In this document: piece after piece, positions 9,562 to 19,522 of the stretch
How positions within the stretch are numbered: position 1 is the first letter of the stretch
Layout of the letters: each line of letters starts with the position of its first letter
DNA from: Desulfobulbus sp.
GTDB taxonomy: Bacteria; Desulfobacterota; Desulfobulbia; Desulfobulbales; Desulfobulbaceae
DNA: 49,915 nucleotides
Reading direction: 5' to 3'
Assembly: GCA_041738515.1 (NCBI GenBank)
Contig: JBGSPP010000299.1
Location: 1-49,915, forward strand
The notes under the pieces: generated by a model
What the model saw: the letters and a program-made list of their open reading frames with translations, nothing else
Told to the model about the DNA's origin: nothing
The model's database searches: none
Position numbers and translations under genes: made by a program

Positions 9562-9589
9562 TAAACTCCTGCCTTTGTTCTGCCGATAC
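9562..9589 (+). promoter_or_regulatory. Sigma28 promoter upstream of flgK
   Basis: TAAA-N16-GCCGATAC. Confidence 0.75.
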
Positions 9590-9705
9590 TCTCTATAACC
9601 CGAGACGTATTTTCCGTGGAATCGTTGTTCCACAACCACACCGAACCACCCCTCCCCGGCCTGGAATCACTTGATGGCTAGGTGGGGAAGCGCGCGACGG
9701 ATATT

Positions 9706-11103
9706 ATGACCAGCCTTCTCAATGCCCTCAATGCCGGCAAAACCAGCCTGCTGACCAATCAGAAATCCATCGAGATCGTCGGCAACAATATCGCCAACGT
9801 CAACACCGAGGGATATTCGCGGCAGCGGGCCGAGTTGATGCAGATCCCGGCGGTGAATTTCAACGATTTCTTCATCGGCCAGGGTGTCACAGTCTCCAAT
9901 GTCAGCCGCGATTACAGTTCTTTCATCACCCGCCAACTCCAATCTAAGACCATCGATTACGGCGAAGAGAGCGGTCGGTCCGGACCGTTAACCGAACTGG
10001 AGCGGATCTTCAATGTCACCGAGAACAACCTCGCCTCGCAGATCAACGACTTCTTTGACGCCTGGCAGGAGTTGACCGCCAACCCGAGCGGCCAGGTCGA
10101 GCGCGACATGGTCATCCAGCGGGGACAGCTGCTGGGCGACGCCTTCGCCAACATCTCCAACGAATTGGACACCCTGACCCAGAACATGAACACCGAAATC
10201 ACCGGCGAGGTCGAGTATCTCAACGAAAAGATTTCGGAGATCGCCAAACTCAACGACCGCATCCGACTGGTGGAGGTCACCGGCCAGACCGCCAATGCGG
10301 CCCGCGACCAGCGGGACCTGATCGTGCAGGAACTCTCCGAAACCCTGGGCGTAAAAACCTATACCGACAACCAGGGGATGCTTGCCGTGCAACTGCCCGG
10401 CGGCATGCCGCTGGTTCAGGGCAATATGGCAGCCACCATCTCCACCGTACTCACTGGCGGCAACGTCAATCTTCAAGTCAACATTGCCGGCAGCGCCCTG
10501 AACGTGACCAGTGCCAACCTGGGCGGCAAGATGAAGGGCATGTTCGAGATGCGCGACACCTTTATCGCCGGTTTACGCGCCGATCTGGATACCCTGGCCG
10601 TGGATCTGACCAGCGCGGTCAATGCCGAGCATGTCAACGGCTACGGTTCGGACGGTCTCACCGGACGTGTCTTTTTCGACGATATCAGCGCATTGCCTCC
10701 AGGCTCCGTGCCAAGTCGCAATATTCGCGTACACCTCACCGACTCCTCCCAGGTAGCTGCCGCCGGCAATCCGGCTGCAGCTCCCGGAGACAACGAGAAT
10801 GCCCTTACCATCGCCAGCCTGGAGGTCACCCACAAGGTCGGCACAACCAACGACACCTTCGACAACTTTTTCAGCCAGATCGTGGCCACGGTCGGCATCG
10901 AGGCGGCCCGTAACGAACTGGCCCTCGGCGGCGCCCAGGACGCCACCGTCCAGCTGCAGAATCTGCGCGACGGCTACTCCGGGGTTTCGCTGGAAGAAGA
11001 AATGATCGACCTCATCCAGTATCAGCGAGGGTTTGAGAGTTCGGCGAAATTCCTCGCCACGGTCGACGAAATGATGAACGCGCTGCTGCAACTCAAGGGA
11101 TAA
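9706..11103 (+). CDS. flgK: Hook-associated protein FlgK
   Basis: GNNIANVNTEGYSRQR, SGVSLEEEMIDLIQYQRGFESSAK. Confidence 0.95.
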   Translation: MTSLLNALNAGKTSLLTNQKSIEIVGNNIANVNTEGYSRQRAELMQIPAVNFNDFFIGQGVTVSNVSRDYSSFITRQLQSKTIDYGEESGRSGPLTELERIFNVTENNLASQINDFFDAWQELTANPSGQVERDMVIQRGQLLGDAFANISNELDTLTQNMNTEITGEVEYLNEKISEIAKLNDRIRLVEVTGQTANAARDQRDLIVQELSETLGVKTYTDNQGMLAVQLPGGMPLVQGNMAATISTVLTGGNVNLQVNIAGSALNVTSANLGGKMKGMFEMRDTFIAGLRADLDTLAVDLTSAVNAEHVNGYGSDGLTGRVFFDDISALPPGSVPSRNIRVHLTDSSQVAAAGNPAAAPGDNENALTIASLEVTHKVGTTNDTFDNFFSQIVATVGIEAARNELALGGAQDATVQLQNLRDGYSGVSLEEEMIDLIQYQRGFESSAKFLATVDEMMNALLQLKG

Positions 11104-11106
11104 GCC

Positions 11107-12075
11107 ATGAAAGCCACACAGGGAACCACCTATCGGATGCTGGGCACGCGCCTCAATGACATCTCGCTGCAACTCGAGGAACTGCGCAAGATCGGCGCCA
11201 CCGGCAAACGGCTGAACGTCCCCTCGGACGACCCGGCGGCCATCCGGCCGGTGCTCAACACCCGCAAGCAGCTCAGCAACATCGACCGCTACCTGGAGAC
11301 CATGGGCAAGTCCAGCGACGTCATGCAGGCCACCGACGGCCATCTCGGTCATGTGGAAAGCATCATGCAGCGGGCCAAGGAGATCGTCACCAACGCCGCC
11401 AACGACACCTTGAGCAGCGAAGATCGGACCACGCTCGCGGAAGAACTTTCCCTGCTGCGAGCAGAGTTGCTCGACGCTGCCAACGGCTCGGTGGACGGCA
11501 AGTACCTGTTCGCCGGGTACGAGGAGGACAGCAAACCGTTTTCCGTCAATCCAGCCTACACCGCAGCCGGCTACAACCCGGCCGATTCCGCCACCTGGCC
11601 GGTGTCCTACCAGGGCGACGGCAACCCCACCTCGCTGGAAATTTCCGCCGGCGAGATCGTCCAGGTCAACCTGACCGGCAATGATCTTTTTCTCGGCGCC
11701 TCCACCTGGAACACGCCCGGCCCCAACAGCATCGACCCGGGCCGCTACGACCTGTTCGCCGAACTGACTCAGGCTGAGGAAGCGGTGCGCGCCAACGACC
11801 AGGCGGGCATGCAGCAGAGCCTGACCGATCTCGAAGGTGCGGCCGAGCAGAACCGACGGCTGCGCTCTCAGCTGGGCAACCGTGCTGACAGGGTCGAATC
11901 AGCGATGGAGTACCAGGCAGGAGTGCGTATCGATCTGGAGCAGATCCTGTCCCGTTACGAGGACGCCGACGCCATCGAGGCCTTCAACGACATCGTCAAG
12001 CAGGAGACTGCCCTGCAGGCGGCGCTGAGTGTGACCTCGAAGGTTTCGCAACTTTCCATTCTCGACTACCTGTAA
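11107..12075 (+). CDS. flgL: Hook-associated protein FlgL
   Basis: TGKRLNVPSDDPAA, GKYLFAG, terminal LSILDYL. Confidence 0.93.
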   Translation: MKATQGTTYRMLGTRLNDISLQLEELRKIGATGKRLNVPSDDPAAIRPVLNTRKQLSNIDRYLETMGKSSDVMQATDGHLGHVESIMQRAKEIVTNAANDTLSSEDRTTLAEELSLLRAELLDAANGSVDGKYLFAGYEEDSKPFSVNPAYTAAGYNPADSATWPVSYQGDGNPTSLEISAGEIVQVNLTGNDLFLGASTWNTPGPNSIDPGRYDLFAELTQAEEAVRANDQAGMQQSLTDLEGAAEQNRRLRSQLGNRADRVESAMEYQAGVRIDLEQILSRYEDADAIEAFNDIVKQETALQAALSVTSKVSQLSILDYL

Positions 12076-12098
12076 ACGAGCCAACCGATTCAAAACGC

Positions 12099-12145
12099 TT
12101 GCCTTTTCGTCGCCTTTGCTGAATACTGATTCAAGAGGCGACGAA
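12099..12145 (+). promoter_or_regulatory. Candidate sigma70 promoter for csrA overlapped by an inverted repeat
   Basis: TTGCCT-N17-AATACT (12099-12127); TTCGTCGCCT (12106-12115) pairs with AGGCGACGAA (12136-12145). Confidence 0.4.
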
Positions 12146-12255
12146 GTAGACCCATCACGTCCGGTGCGGCCCTCCGGGGTATCCGGCTGTCTCGGTCATT
12201 CCCGTCCTTTTCCTTTTTTCAGGGCGCTTCGCCCGCAAGACCCCAAGGTGGCCCC

Positions 12256-12498
12256 ATGCTGGTACTGACCAGGAAACCCGGTGAAGGAATCATCATCGGG
12301 GACAACATCACCATCAAGATCATCGAGATGAAAAGTGGCGGCATCCGCATTGGCATCGACGCCCCTGCGGAAACCAAGATCTACAGACAGGAGGTCTATG
12401 ACCGCATCAAGGACGAAAACATCGGCGCTGCGAACTGGAACCTGGACGATCTGGAATCGATCAGTGATACGATTGTCACAAGGAAGGTGAAAAAATGA
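12256..12498 (+). CDS. csrA: Carbon storage regulator CsrA with C-terminal extension
   Basis: MLVLTRKPGEGIIIGDNI, RIGIDAP, IYRQEVYDRIKDENIGA. Confidence 0.96.
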   Translation: MLVLTRKPGEGIIIGDNITIKIIEMKSGGIRIGIDAPAETKIYRQEVYDRIKDENIGAANWNLDDLESISDTIVTRKVKK

Positions 12499-12917
12499 AA
12501 ACACTTCGCTCTCGGTTCGGCGAGATAGAGTACGACCCGACCAACTGCATTCACTTTCCCGAGGGCCTGATCGGGTTCGAGCAGCTCCGCGACTTCATTG
12601 TCATCCCCAACGCCAAGGAAGGTCCGCTGTTTTGGATCCAGAGCGTGGAAGACGCCGACATCGCCTTTGTTGTCACCGACCCGACCAACTTCTTTCTCGA
12701 TTATCTGGTGATCCCGGAAAAGGCCGAGATGGGCAAGCTGAACATCCAGGGTCCCGAAGATTGCCTCACCCTCAGCATCGTCACCGTGACCCAGGAAAAG
12801 GAAATCACCCTCAATCTGGCCGCACCGCTGCTCTTCTCGCCCAAGACCAACCGCGCCGTGCAGATCATCCTGGAAGATTCCGGCTATGAAGTGAAGACGC
12901 CGCTGCCAAAGGTTTAA
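12495..12917 (+). CDS. fliW: Flagellar assembly factor FliW (CsrA antagonist)
   Basis: IHFPEGLIGFE, WIQS, FVVTDP, TLNLAAPL, AVQIIL; 4-nt overlap with csrA. Confidence 0.93.
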   Translation: MKTLRSRFGEIEYDPTNCIHFPEGLIGFEQLRDFIVIPNAKEGPLFWIQSVEDADIAFVVTDPTNFFLDYLVIPEKAEMGKLNIQGPEDCLTLSIVTVTQEKEITLNLAAPLLFSPKTNRAVQIILEDSGYEVKTPLPKV

Positions 12918-12967
12918 ACACCCCCCAACCCGCCGATGCCCATCAACCGGCCGCATGCAAGGAGACC

Positions 12968-15484
12968 ATGGAGATCCTCGCCGCTGATCATCACGACAGG
13001 GAAGTCTTTCTCACCAACAGCTTCGGCGACCGGTACCTCTTCAGCGTCAACCACAACACCCTGAACCAGCTGGGCGCGGCTCACGTCCACCAGGAGCGGT
13101 TCACCGACCATCTCGAGAAGAAAAACACCCTGTTCATCGTCCTCGGTACGGATTCGGGCACCCTGCTGCCCTTCCTGGTTGCCAACCCCGCCGCCCAGGG
13201 ATCGAGTTTTCTCCTGCTCGAGCCGAGCGGGGTTTTCGAGAACGTTCAACGGCAGTACGCCGCCCTCGATCTTCCCGGCAACATTCTGTACGGCCCGGCG
13301 GAAGATTTCGAGCAGCTGGCTGAAAAAGCCGGCATCGACAAATACTTCTATGCCGGCGAGGTGCTGGTGGTCAAATCCCTGGCCGCCGAATACGGCTTCC
13401 TGGGTGAGTACCACGACCTCTCCTTTGACATCCAGAACCGTTGCCAGCAAAGGAATTGGCGGGTAACGCTCAAAATCAAGACCCAGCCGTTCACCCACGC
13501 CCAGTTGGACAATGTGGCGGACAATGTCGTCGCCTCGACCTTTCTCGCCGGCGCCTTCCAGGGCCGGACCGCCCTGTTGCTGGCCGGCGGGCCTTCGCTG
13601 GACGCGGTACTCCCCTGGGCCAAAGCCCATCGCGACGACTTGGTCATCCTTGCCGTTTCCAGGATCTGCAGGCGTCTGCTTGAAGTTGATCTCGCCCCCG
13701 ACTTCATCTTCTCCATCGACCCCCACCGGGTCAGCTACGAAGTCAGCGTCGAGATGCTCCATTTCTGGCGTGATGCCGTCCTCATTCACAGCCACCATGC
13801 ATCCCCCCTGCTGCTGGGGCAATGGCGCGGCCGAAGCATCTATCTGGGCGACAGATTCCCCTGGAAGTCGGCCATGAACAAACCCAGCCTGCCCATGGCC
13901 GGGCCGACTGTGGCCAACACCGCCCTGTCGGTGGCCGTCGCCATGGGGTTTTCGCGCATCCTGCTTGCGGGCATGGATCTGTGCCGCAGCCGTGAAGGCT
14001 ACACCCACGCCGCGGGAAGCAACGAACGCCTGGCCGGACCGCAGCTGGCCGCAGCCTGTACACAGGTGGAAACCTATGGCGGCTGGATGGCGGAAACCAG
14101 CAGCGATTTTCTCTCCGCCATCGCAATTCTCGCCGTGCAGGCCGGACAGGCTCGTCAACATGATGTTGCCCTCTTCAACCTGGCTGAAAGTGCGGCCCGA
14201 GTCGAAGGCATTGCCCATATTTCGGTCGACGCAATCGATATACTAAAGACCCCGGGGAGCGCGAATGAGGTTGTGGGTGGAATCTTCCCAGACCTGTCTA
14301 GGGACGACAGGATCGCCGATCTCCACCAGGTGCTTGATGAGTTGGTCCAGGCCAAGGGACAGCTGCTGCACATCAAAAAACTGACCCGGGAAGCCCTGCA
14401 GTGCAACAAGGGGCTGTTTGGCCGGGACGGCAGGCGTGCTGATTTCAAGCACAAACTCCGCATGGACAAGATCGAGCGCAAGCTCAACGGCAAGCATGCA
14501 GACATGAGCACGTTTGTGAAGAGATATGCGGCCCACCAACTCCTGAAGATGACGATTCTGGGCAAGGATGAATCGGAATGGACGGACAGCGAGATCGAGC
14601 AGTCGGCCGAAACGTACTACAGCAACTATCACAAGAACGCCTCAGCCCTGCTCAAGCGGATCGACGCACTCAAGGAAGGAATCCAGTTCCGCCTCCGAGA
14701 GGAGGAGCCGGGACTTGCACTGTTGCCGACACTGATTCCGCAATGGATCAAGGACGAACAACCGGGCCGGGTATTCGTCTGGATGGACCGGCAGCAACTC
14801 TCTGAAGACGAGGTCGCATCGAACCTGGATGCCTTTGCCTCGATCCGCGAGCGCTATCAGCGCCAGTTCCACCTCGGGGCAAACTCGCTGCATCTCAAGC
14901 GCAGCCGGCTGTTTGCCTCGCTGCGTGGCCTGGTCGGCAAGTTGCTGCTCTATGCAAAGCGCCAGGACCTCATTTATCTGAAGCAACTCGCTTCCTCCCT
15001 GGAGGAACATCCGGATCCGGAGGCGGTCAAATATTTCCTGCTGTGCTCAGGCCTGGTGGCCGAGTTGGAAAACGACCCGGATCAGGCTCTGGAATTCTAC
15101 CAGCGGCTTTTCGACCATCAGGATGACGTCTTCCTGGAACACGCCCTGCAGCGCATCGCCTCGCTTTCGGTGGCCCGCCGCGACGACGACAACAGTCTGC
15201 TGGCCCTGGAACTGCTTGCTGGCCTTTCTCCCGCCTACCTTGTCCAATACGGAGATCTGCTGCGGCTGCTGGGACGTTCGCAGGATGCGCTCAACACCTA
15301 TCTGACCTATCTGGAGAAGGCGCCGGGCGACGCCGCCATGATGATGAAGACCGGCAACTACTTCAGGGAAATGAACATTCCCGAAGGGGCGCTGGAAATG
15401 TACCGGCACGTACTCCAGCTCGATCCGGAAAACCAGACCGCCCGGCAATTGCTCCGCAGCCTGGAAGAAGCGATACTGCATTAA
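12968..15484 (+). CDS. maf: Maf/DUF115-family flagellin glycosyltransferase with C-terminal TPR-like repeats
   Basis: LLAGGPSLD, PDFIFSIDP, GPTVANTALSVAVAMGFSRILLAGMDL; TPR-like tail; next to nonulosonate genes. Confidence 0.82.
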   Translation: MEILAADHHDREVFLTNSFGDRYLFSVNHNTLNQLGAAHVHQERFTDHLEKKNTLFIVLGTDSGTLLPFLVANPAAQGSSFLLLEPSGVFENVQRQYAALDLPGNILYGPAEDFEQLAEKAGIDKYFYAGEVLVVKSLAAEYGFLGEYHDLSFDIQNRCQQRNWRVTLKIKTQPFTHAQLDNVADNVVASTFLAGAFQGRTALLLAGGPSLDAVLPWAKAHRDDLVILAVSRICRRLLEVDLAPDFIFSIDPHRVSYEVSVEMLHFWRDAVLIHSHHASPLLLGQWRGRSIYLGDRFPWKSAMNKPSLPMAGPTVANTALSVAVAMGFSRILLAGMDLCRSREGYTHAAGSNERLAGPQLAAACTQVETYGGWMAETSSDFLSAIAILAVQAGQARQHDVALFNLAESAARVEGIAHISVDAIDILKTPGSANEVVGGIFPDLSRDDRIADLHQVLDELVQAKGQLLHIKKLTREALQCNKGLFGRDGRRADFKHKLRMDKIERKLNGKHADMSTFVKRYAAHQLLKMTILGKDESEWTDSEIEQSAETYYSNYHKNASALLKRIDALKEGIQFRLREEEPGLALLPTLIPQWIKDEQPGRVFVWMDRQQLSEDEVASNLDAFASIRERYQRQFHLGANSLHLKRSRLFASLRGLVGKLLLYAKRQDLIYLKQLASSLEEHPDPEAVKYFLLCSGLVAELENDPDQALEFYQRLFDHQDDVFLEHALQRIASLSVARRDDDNSLLALELLAGLSPAYLVQYGDLLRLLGRSQDALNTYLTYLEKAPGDAAMMMKTGNYFREMNIPEGALEMYRHVLQLDPENQTARQLLRSLEEAILH

Positions 15485-15503
15485 AATTATTCCCCGATCA
15501 ACC

Positions 15504-16547
15504 ATGGCAGCCCGCAACGATAACCAGGTGTTCATCATTGCCGAAGCCGGCGTCAATCACAACGGTGACCCGGGTCTGGCCGGGGAACTGATCGATGCCG
15601 CCGCAGAAGCTGGCGCCAATGCGGTCAAGTTCCAGACCTTCACCGCGGCAGACCTGGTGCGCGTTAACACGCCCAAGGCCGACTACCAGAAACAGACCAC
15701 CGCAGCCGAGGAGTCGCAGTTCGAGATGATAAGTCGGCTTGAACTGGACCGGGAAGCCCACCTCCAACTGATTGCACACTGCGGCCGACGCGGCATTCTC
15801 TTTCTCAGTTCACCCTTTGACCTTGCCAGTATCGACTTGCTGCAGGAACTCGACCTGCCGCTGTTCAAGATTCCTTCCGGCGAAATCACCAACCTGCCGT
15901 ATCTGCGCCGGATCGCTGCCCTCGACAAGGAGGTGATCCTCTCCACCGGCATGTCAAACCTCGCCGAGGTCGAGGCGGCGATCCAGGCCCTCCGGGCCGC
16001 CGGGGCCAAGAGGCGCATCACCCTCCTGCACTGCAACACCGAATACCCGACGCCCATGGAGGACGCCAACCTGCGGGCTATGACCACGCTGGCCAAGACC
16101 TTTCACCTCCCGGTGGGCTATTCCGACCATACGCTCGGGATCGAGGCCTGCATCGCCGCGGTCGCTCTTGGTGCCACGGTGATCGAAAAACATTTCACCC
16201 TCGACACCCGCATGGCCGGGCCGGATCATGCCGCCTCGCTTGATCCCGAGTCGCTGTGCCGCATGGTCAAGGCAATCCGGAGCATCTCCCTGGCGCTTGG
16301 CACCGGTATCAAGGCGCCTTCCCCCTCAGAGCGGAAAAACAAGGCCATTGCCCGCAAGAGCATCGTTGCCTCCCGGGATATCCAGCCTGGCGAAACTTTC
16401 AGCGAGGGGAACCTGACCACCAAACGGCCCGCCTGGGGGTTGAGTCCCATGCTCTGGGACAGTCTGATTGGCACGGTCGCCGACCGCCCCTACCGCAAGG
16501 ACGAGTTCATCGAACTGCGACCTCCCGCTTCCGTTGGGAAAGGTTGA
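15504..16547 (+). CDS. neuB: Nonulosonate synthase NeuB/LegI
   Basis: IIAEAGVNHNG, KFQTF, KIPSGEITN, GYSDHTLG, IEKHFTLD, C-terminal SAF domain. Confidence 0.93.
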   Translation: MAARNDNQVFIIAEAGVNHNGDPGLAGELIDAAAEAGANAVKFQTFTAADLVRVNTPKADYQKQTTAAEESQFEMISRLELDREAHLQLIAHCGRRGILFLSSPFDLASIDLLQELDLPLFKIPSGEITNLPYLRRIAALDKEVILSTGMSNLAEVEAAIQALRAAGAKRRITLLHCNTEYPTPMEDANLRAMTTLAKTFHLPVGYSDHTLGIEACIAAVALGATVIEKHFTLDTRMAGPDHAASLDPESLCRMVKAIRSISLALGTGIKAPSPSERKNKAIARKSIVASRDIQPGETFSEGNLTTKRPAWGLSPMLWDSLIGTVADRPYRKDEFIELRPPASVGKG

Positions 16548-16585
16548 GCTTACTCCTTGGACTCCATCGACCGCAGGCACTCCCG

Positions 16586-17761
16586 ATGAGAAAAATCCTC
16601 GCCCTGACCAGCATCCGCTCGGACTACGATCTCTTGAGCAGCCTGTACCGACTGCTGGCCGACTCGCCCTCCACTGAACTCAAACTGCTTGTCTCCGGCG
16701 CCCACCTCTCACCGACTTATGGCCGCAGTGTGGATCTCATCATCCGCGACGGGTTCGACATTCTCCTGACCATCGAAACCCTGCTCGACTCCGACTCCCG
16801 CCAGTCAAGGCTGAAGACCGCCAGCCTGTTTCTGCAAAACGCCATCGACCCGGTAGCCCAGTACCGCCCGGACCTCATTCTCCTGGCCGGTGACCGCGAA
16901 GACGTGATTGTCGGGGCGTTGCTCGGCGGCTATCTCGAGATTCCGACCATCCATTTTTACGGCGGAGACCATGTTCAGGATGGCCACATCGACAATCCAG
17001 TACGCCATGCCACTTCCAAACTGGTCACCGCCCATATGGTCAGCACTGAGGAACATGGGAAGCGCCTGATGCGTATGGGAGAGTCGGCAAAGCGGATTTT
17101 CACCGTTGGCAGCATCGCCTTGGACAGGTTTGTAGCCCACAACCCCATGGACAAGTCTGAATTGCTGCGACGCCTGGGCGTGGAAGGCGGTTTCAATGAA
17201 TTCGCCCTGTTGATCTTCCATCCGCTCAACGAAGAAAGGGAGTACTGCGATGTCATTTTCAGGAATATTCTCCAAGCTCTGACAAAGTCTAGGATGCACA
17301 CATTTATCAGTGCGCCGAACACCGATCCTGGGAACAGGAAAATCATTCAAGTCCTAAAGGAATACGAGAATAACCCGCTGTTTCTGCAATATAAAAATCT
17401 CGATCGCGATACTTTTCTCTCCGTTTTCAAGTTGAGCCGGTTCATCATTGGTAATTCCTCGGCCGGCATCCTCGAATCCGGTTCCATCCCCTTGCCAGCC
17501 ATTAACGTTGGCCAGCGCCAACTGGGGCGGTCAGCAAATGCCAATGTCCTGTTCTGTGACACGAGGGAAGAAGCGATCCTCAAGGCCATCCGCACCGCGA
17601 CCAGCAATGACTTTGCTGCCGGACTCACAGGGATGCGTAACATTTACGGTGACGGCGACAGTGCTCGCAAAGTGTTCTCCATCATCGAAACCGTCGATTT
17701 CAAGTCCATGTTGCGCAAGCGAGAGGATCCCCTGCACATGCATTCGGGAGGCAATTCATGA
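16586..17761 (+). CDS. neuC: Hydrolysing NDP-sugar 2-epimerase NeuC/LegG
   Basis: RSDY, GAHLSPTYG, GDRED, RHATSKL, IGNSSAG, YGDGDSA. Confidence 0.9.
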   Translation: MRKILALTSIRSDYDLLSSLYRLLADSPSTELKLLVSGAHLSPTYGRSVDLIIRDGFDILLTIETLLDSDSRQSRLKTASLFLQNAIDPVAQYRPDLILLAGDREDVIVGALLGGYLEIPTIHFYGGDHVQDGHIDNPVRHATSKLVTAHMVSTEEHGKRLMRMGESAKRIFTVGSIALDRFVAHNPMDKSELLRRLGVEGGFNEFALLIFHPLNEEREYCDVIFRNILQALTKSRMHTFISAPNTDPGNRKIIQVLKEYENNPLFLQYKNLDRDTFLSVFKLSRFIIGNSSAGILESGSIPLPAINVGQRQLGRSANANVLFCDTREEAILKAIRTATSNDFAAGLTGMRNIYGDGDSARKVFSIIETVDFKSMLRKREDPLHMHSGGNS

Positions 17762-18426
17762 AGCGAGCGCTGGTAATGGCCGTTCACCCCGACGACGAAA
17801 CAATTGGTTGCGGCGGCACCCTGCTCAAACTCCATGAACTCGGGTACGAACTGCACTGGATGATAGCTACCTCAGCAACAGAATCGGGAGGGTATTCCGA
17901 ACAGTTTGTCAAGGCAAGAGAAGTCCAGATAGAACGAGTTGCCCAAGCCTATGCCTTTGCGGGCATCCACAAGCTTGAGTTCCCCGCAGCCCGGGTCGAA
18001 ACTGTGCCCTTGGGGAGTATCATCGGCCAGTTGGCCGGCCTGTTCAAGCAGATCGCGCCGGACACCATGTTTCTTCCTTTTTACTGCGATGTCCACAGCG
18101 ATCACCGAATTCTCTTTGACGCCTGCTTCAGTTGCACCAAATCCTTCCGGCTCCCTTCACTCAAACGCATCTACATGATGGAAACCCTGAGCGAGACCGA
18201 GTTTGCTCCCTCGATACCGGGCCGGACCTTCGTTCCCAACACCTTTGTTGACATCAGCTCTTACTTTGACAAAAAACTCGAAATCCTGAACCTGTATGAA
18301 AGCGAAGTGGCCGAACACCCCTTTCCGCGGTCACTGCTCAACGTCACCTCGCTGGCCAGCCACCGGGGAGCGACGGCTGGATGCAGCCATGCGGAAAGTT
18401 TCATGCTGCTGAAGGAAATTTGGTAA
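17758..18426 (+). CDS. PIG-L/LmbE-family N-deacetylase
   Basis: AVHPDDETIGCGGTL, DVHSDH, EHPFPRS, AESF; ATGA overlap with neuC. Confidence 0.88.
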   Translation: MKRALVMAVHPDDETIGCGGTLLKLHELGYELHWMIATSATESGGYSEQFVKAREVQIERVAQAYAFAGIHKLEFPAARVETVPLGSIIGQLAGLFKQIAPDTMFLPFYCDVHSDHRILFDACFSCTKSFRLPSLKRIYMMETLSETEFAPSIPGRTFVPNTFVDISSYFDKKLEILNLYESEVAEHPFPRSLLNVTSLASHRGATAGCSHAESFMLLKEIW

Positions 18427-18469
18427 CCCCCCGTGCAACAGAGCATGAGCCAGACAGGGAGGAACAATC

Positions 18470-19522
18470 ATGCGTAAGGCCAGAAATATTACCATCTCCC
18501 CTGGGACCACTATCCGACAGGCCCTGGAAGCGATCGACCGGGGCGCCATGCAGATCGCTCTGGTGGTTGATGAGATCGACCGGCTCCTCGGCACAATCAC
18601 TGATGGCGACATCCGCCGGGCCATTCTCAAGGGCGCCGGGCTCGACGACCCAATTGCAGGAATCTACAACACCAACCCCACCAAGGGATACATCAATCAG
18701 CCCAAGGAAGACATCCTCCAACTGGCGATCATCAACGGCATCAAGCAGGTGCCTATGGTGGACGACGCGGGCTGCCTGGTCGGCGTTGAAATTATTGACG
18801 ATTACCTGCGCAAGTCGGAAAAGCCCAACCATGTTGTGCTCATGGCCGGAGGGCTTGGCACCCGTCTGCGCCCCTTGACCGAAAACGTCCCCAAACCCAT
18901 GCTCAAGGTCGGCACCAAGCCCATCCTGGAGACGATCATCGATAATTTCAGCAGCTATGGGTTTCGCCATTTTCACCTCTGCGTCAATTACAAGTCGGAA
19001 GTAATCCTCAACCACTTCGAGGACGGTTCACGGTTCGGGGTCAGCATCAGCTATATCCAGGAGCCCAAACGCCTCGGCACCGCCGGCGCACTCAGCCTTC
19101 TGCCCGAACTATCACCCGAACCGATCCTCGTCATGAACGGCGACCTGCTCACCAACATCAACTTCGAACACCTGCTCAATTACCACCTGACCGCCCACGC
19201 CCAAGCCACCATGTGCGTACGCGAGTACGATTTTCAGGTGCCCTACGGAGTGGTGGAAATGAAAGGGGCAACCATCCAGGCCATCGTGGAAAAGCCGGTC
19301 CACAACTTTTTCGTCAACGCAGGAATTTATGTGCTCAGTCCCGAGGCGGTGGCCCGCATTCCCAAGGACACCTTCTTCGACATGCCGGATCTATTTCAGC
19401 AACTGATACAGGAAGAGAAGAAAATCTGCTCTTTCCCGATCAAGGGATACTGGCTCGACATCGGTCGTTCCGATGATTTTGCCAAGGCCAATACCGATTA
19501 CGAAGAAATCTTCGATGTATAA
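18470..19522 (+). CDS. CBS-domain sugar-phosphate nucleotidyltransferase (PtmE-like)
   Basis: CBS pair (GTITDGDIRR), MAGGLGTRLRPLTENVPKPML, LGTAGAL, YWLDIG. Confidence 0.9.
   Translation: MRKARNITISPGTTIRQALEAIDRGAMQIALVVDEIDRLLGTITDGDIRRAILKGAGLDDPIAGIYNTNPTKGYINQPKEDILQLAIINGIKQVPMVDDAGCLVGVEIIDDYLRKSEKPNHVVLMAGGLGTRLRPLTENVPKPMLKVGTKPILETIIDNFSSYGFRHFHLCVNYKSEVILNHFEDGSRFGVSISYIQEPKRLGTAGALSLLPELSPEPILVMNGDLLTNINFEHLLNYHLTAHAQATMCVREYDFQVPYGVVEMKGATIQAIVEKPVHNFFVNAGIYVLSPEAVARIPKDTFFDMPDLFQQLIQEEKKICSFPIKGYWLDIGRSDDFAKANTDYEEIFDV

Noticed and set aside
16256-16585. N-terminal extension of the neuC ORF (501 aa in the ORF track)
   Set aside because: Overlaps the neuB 3' end in another frame; NeuC similarity starts at MRKILALTSIRSDY (16586)
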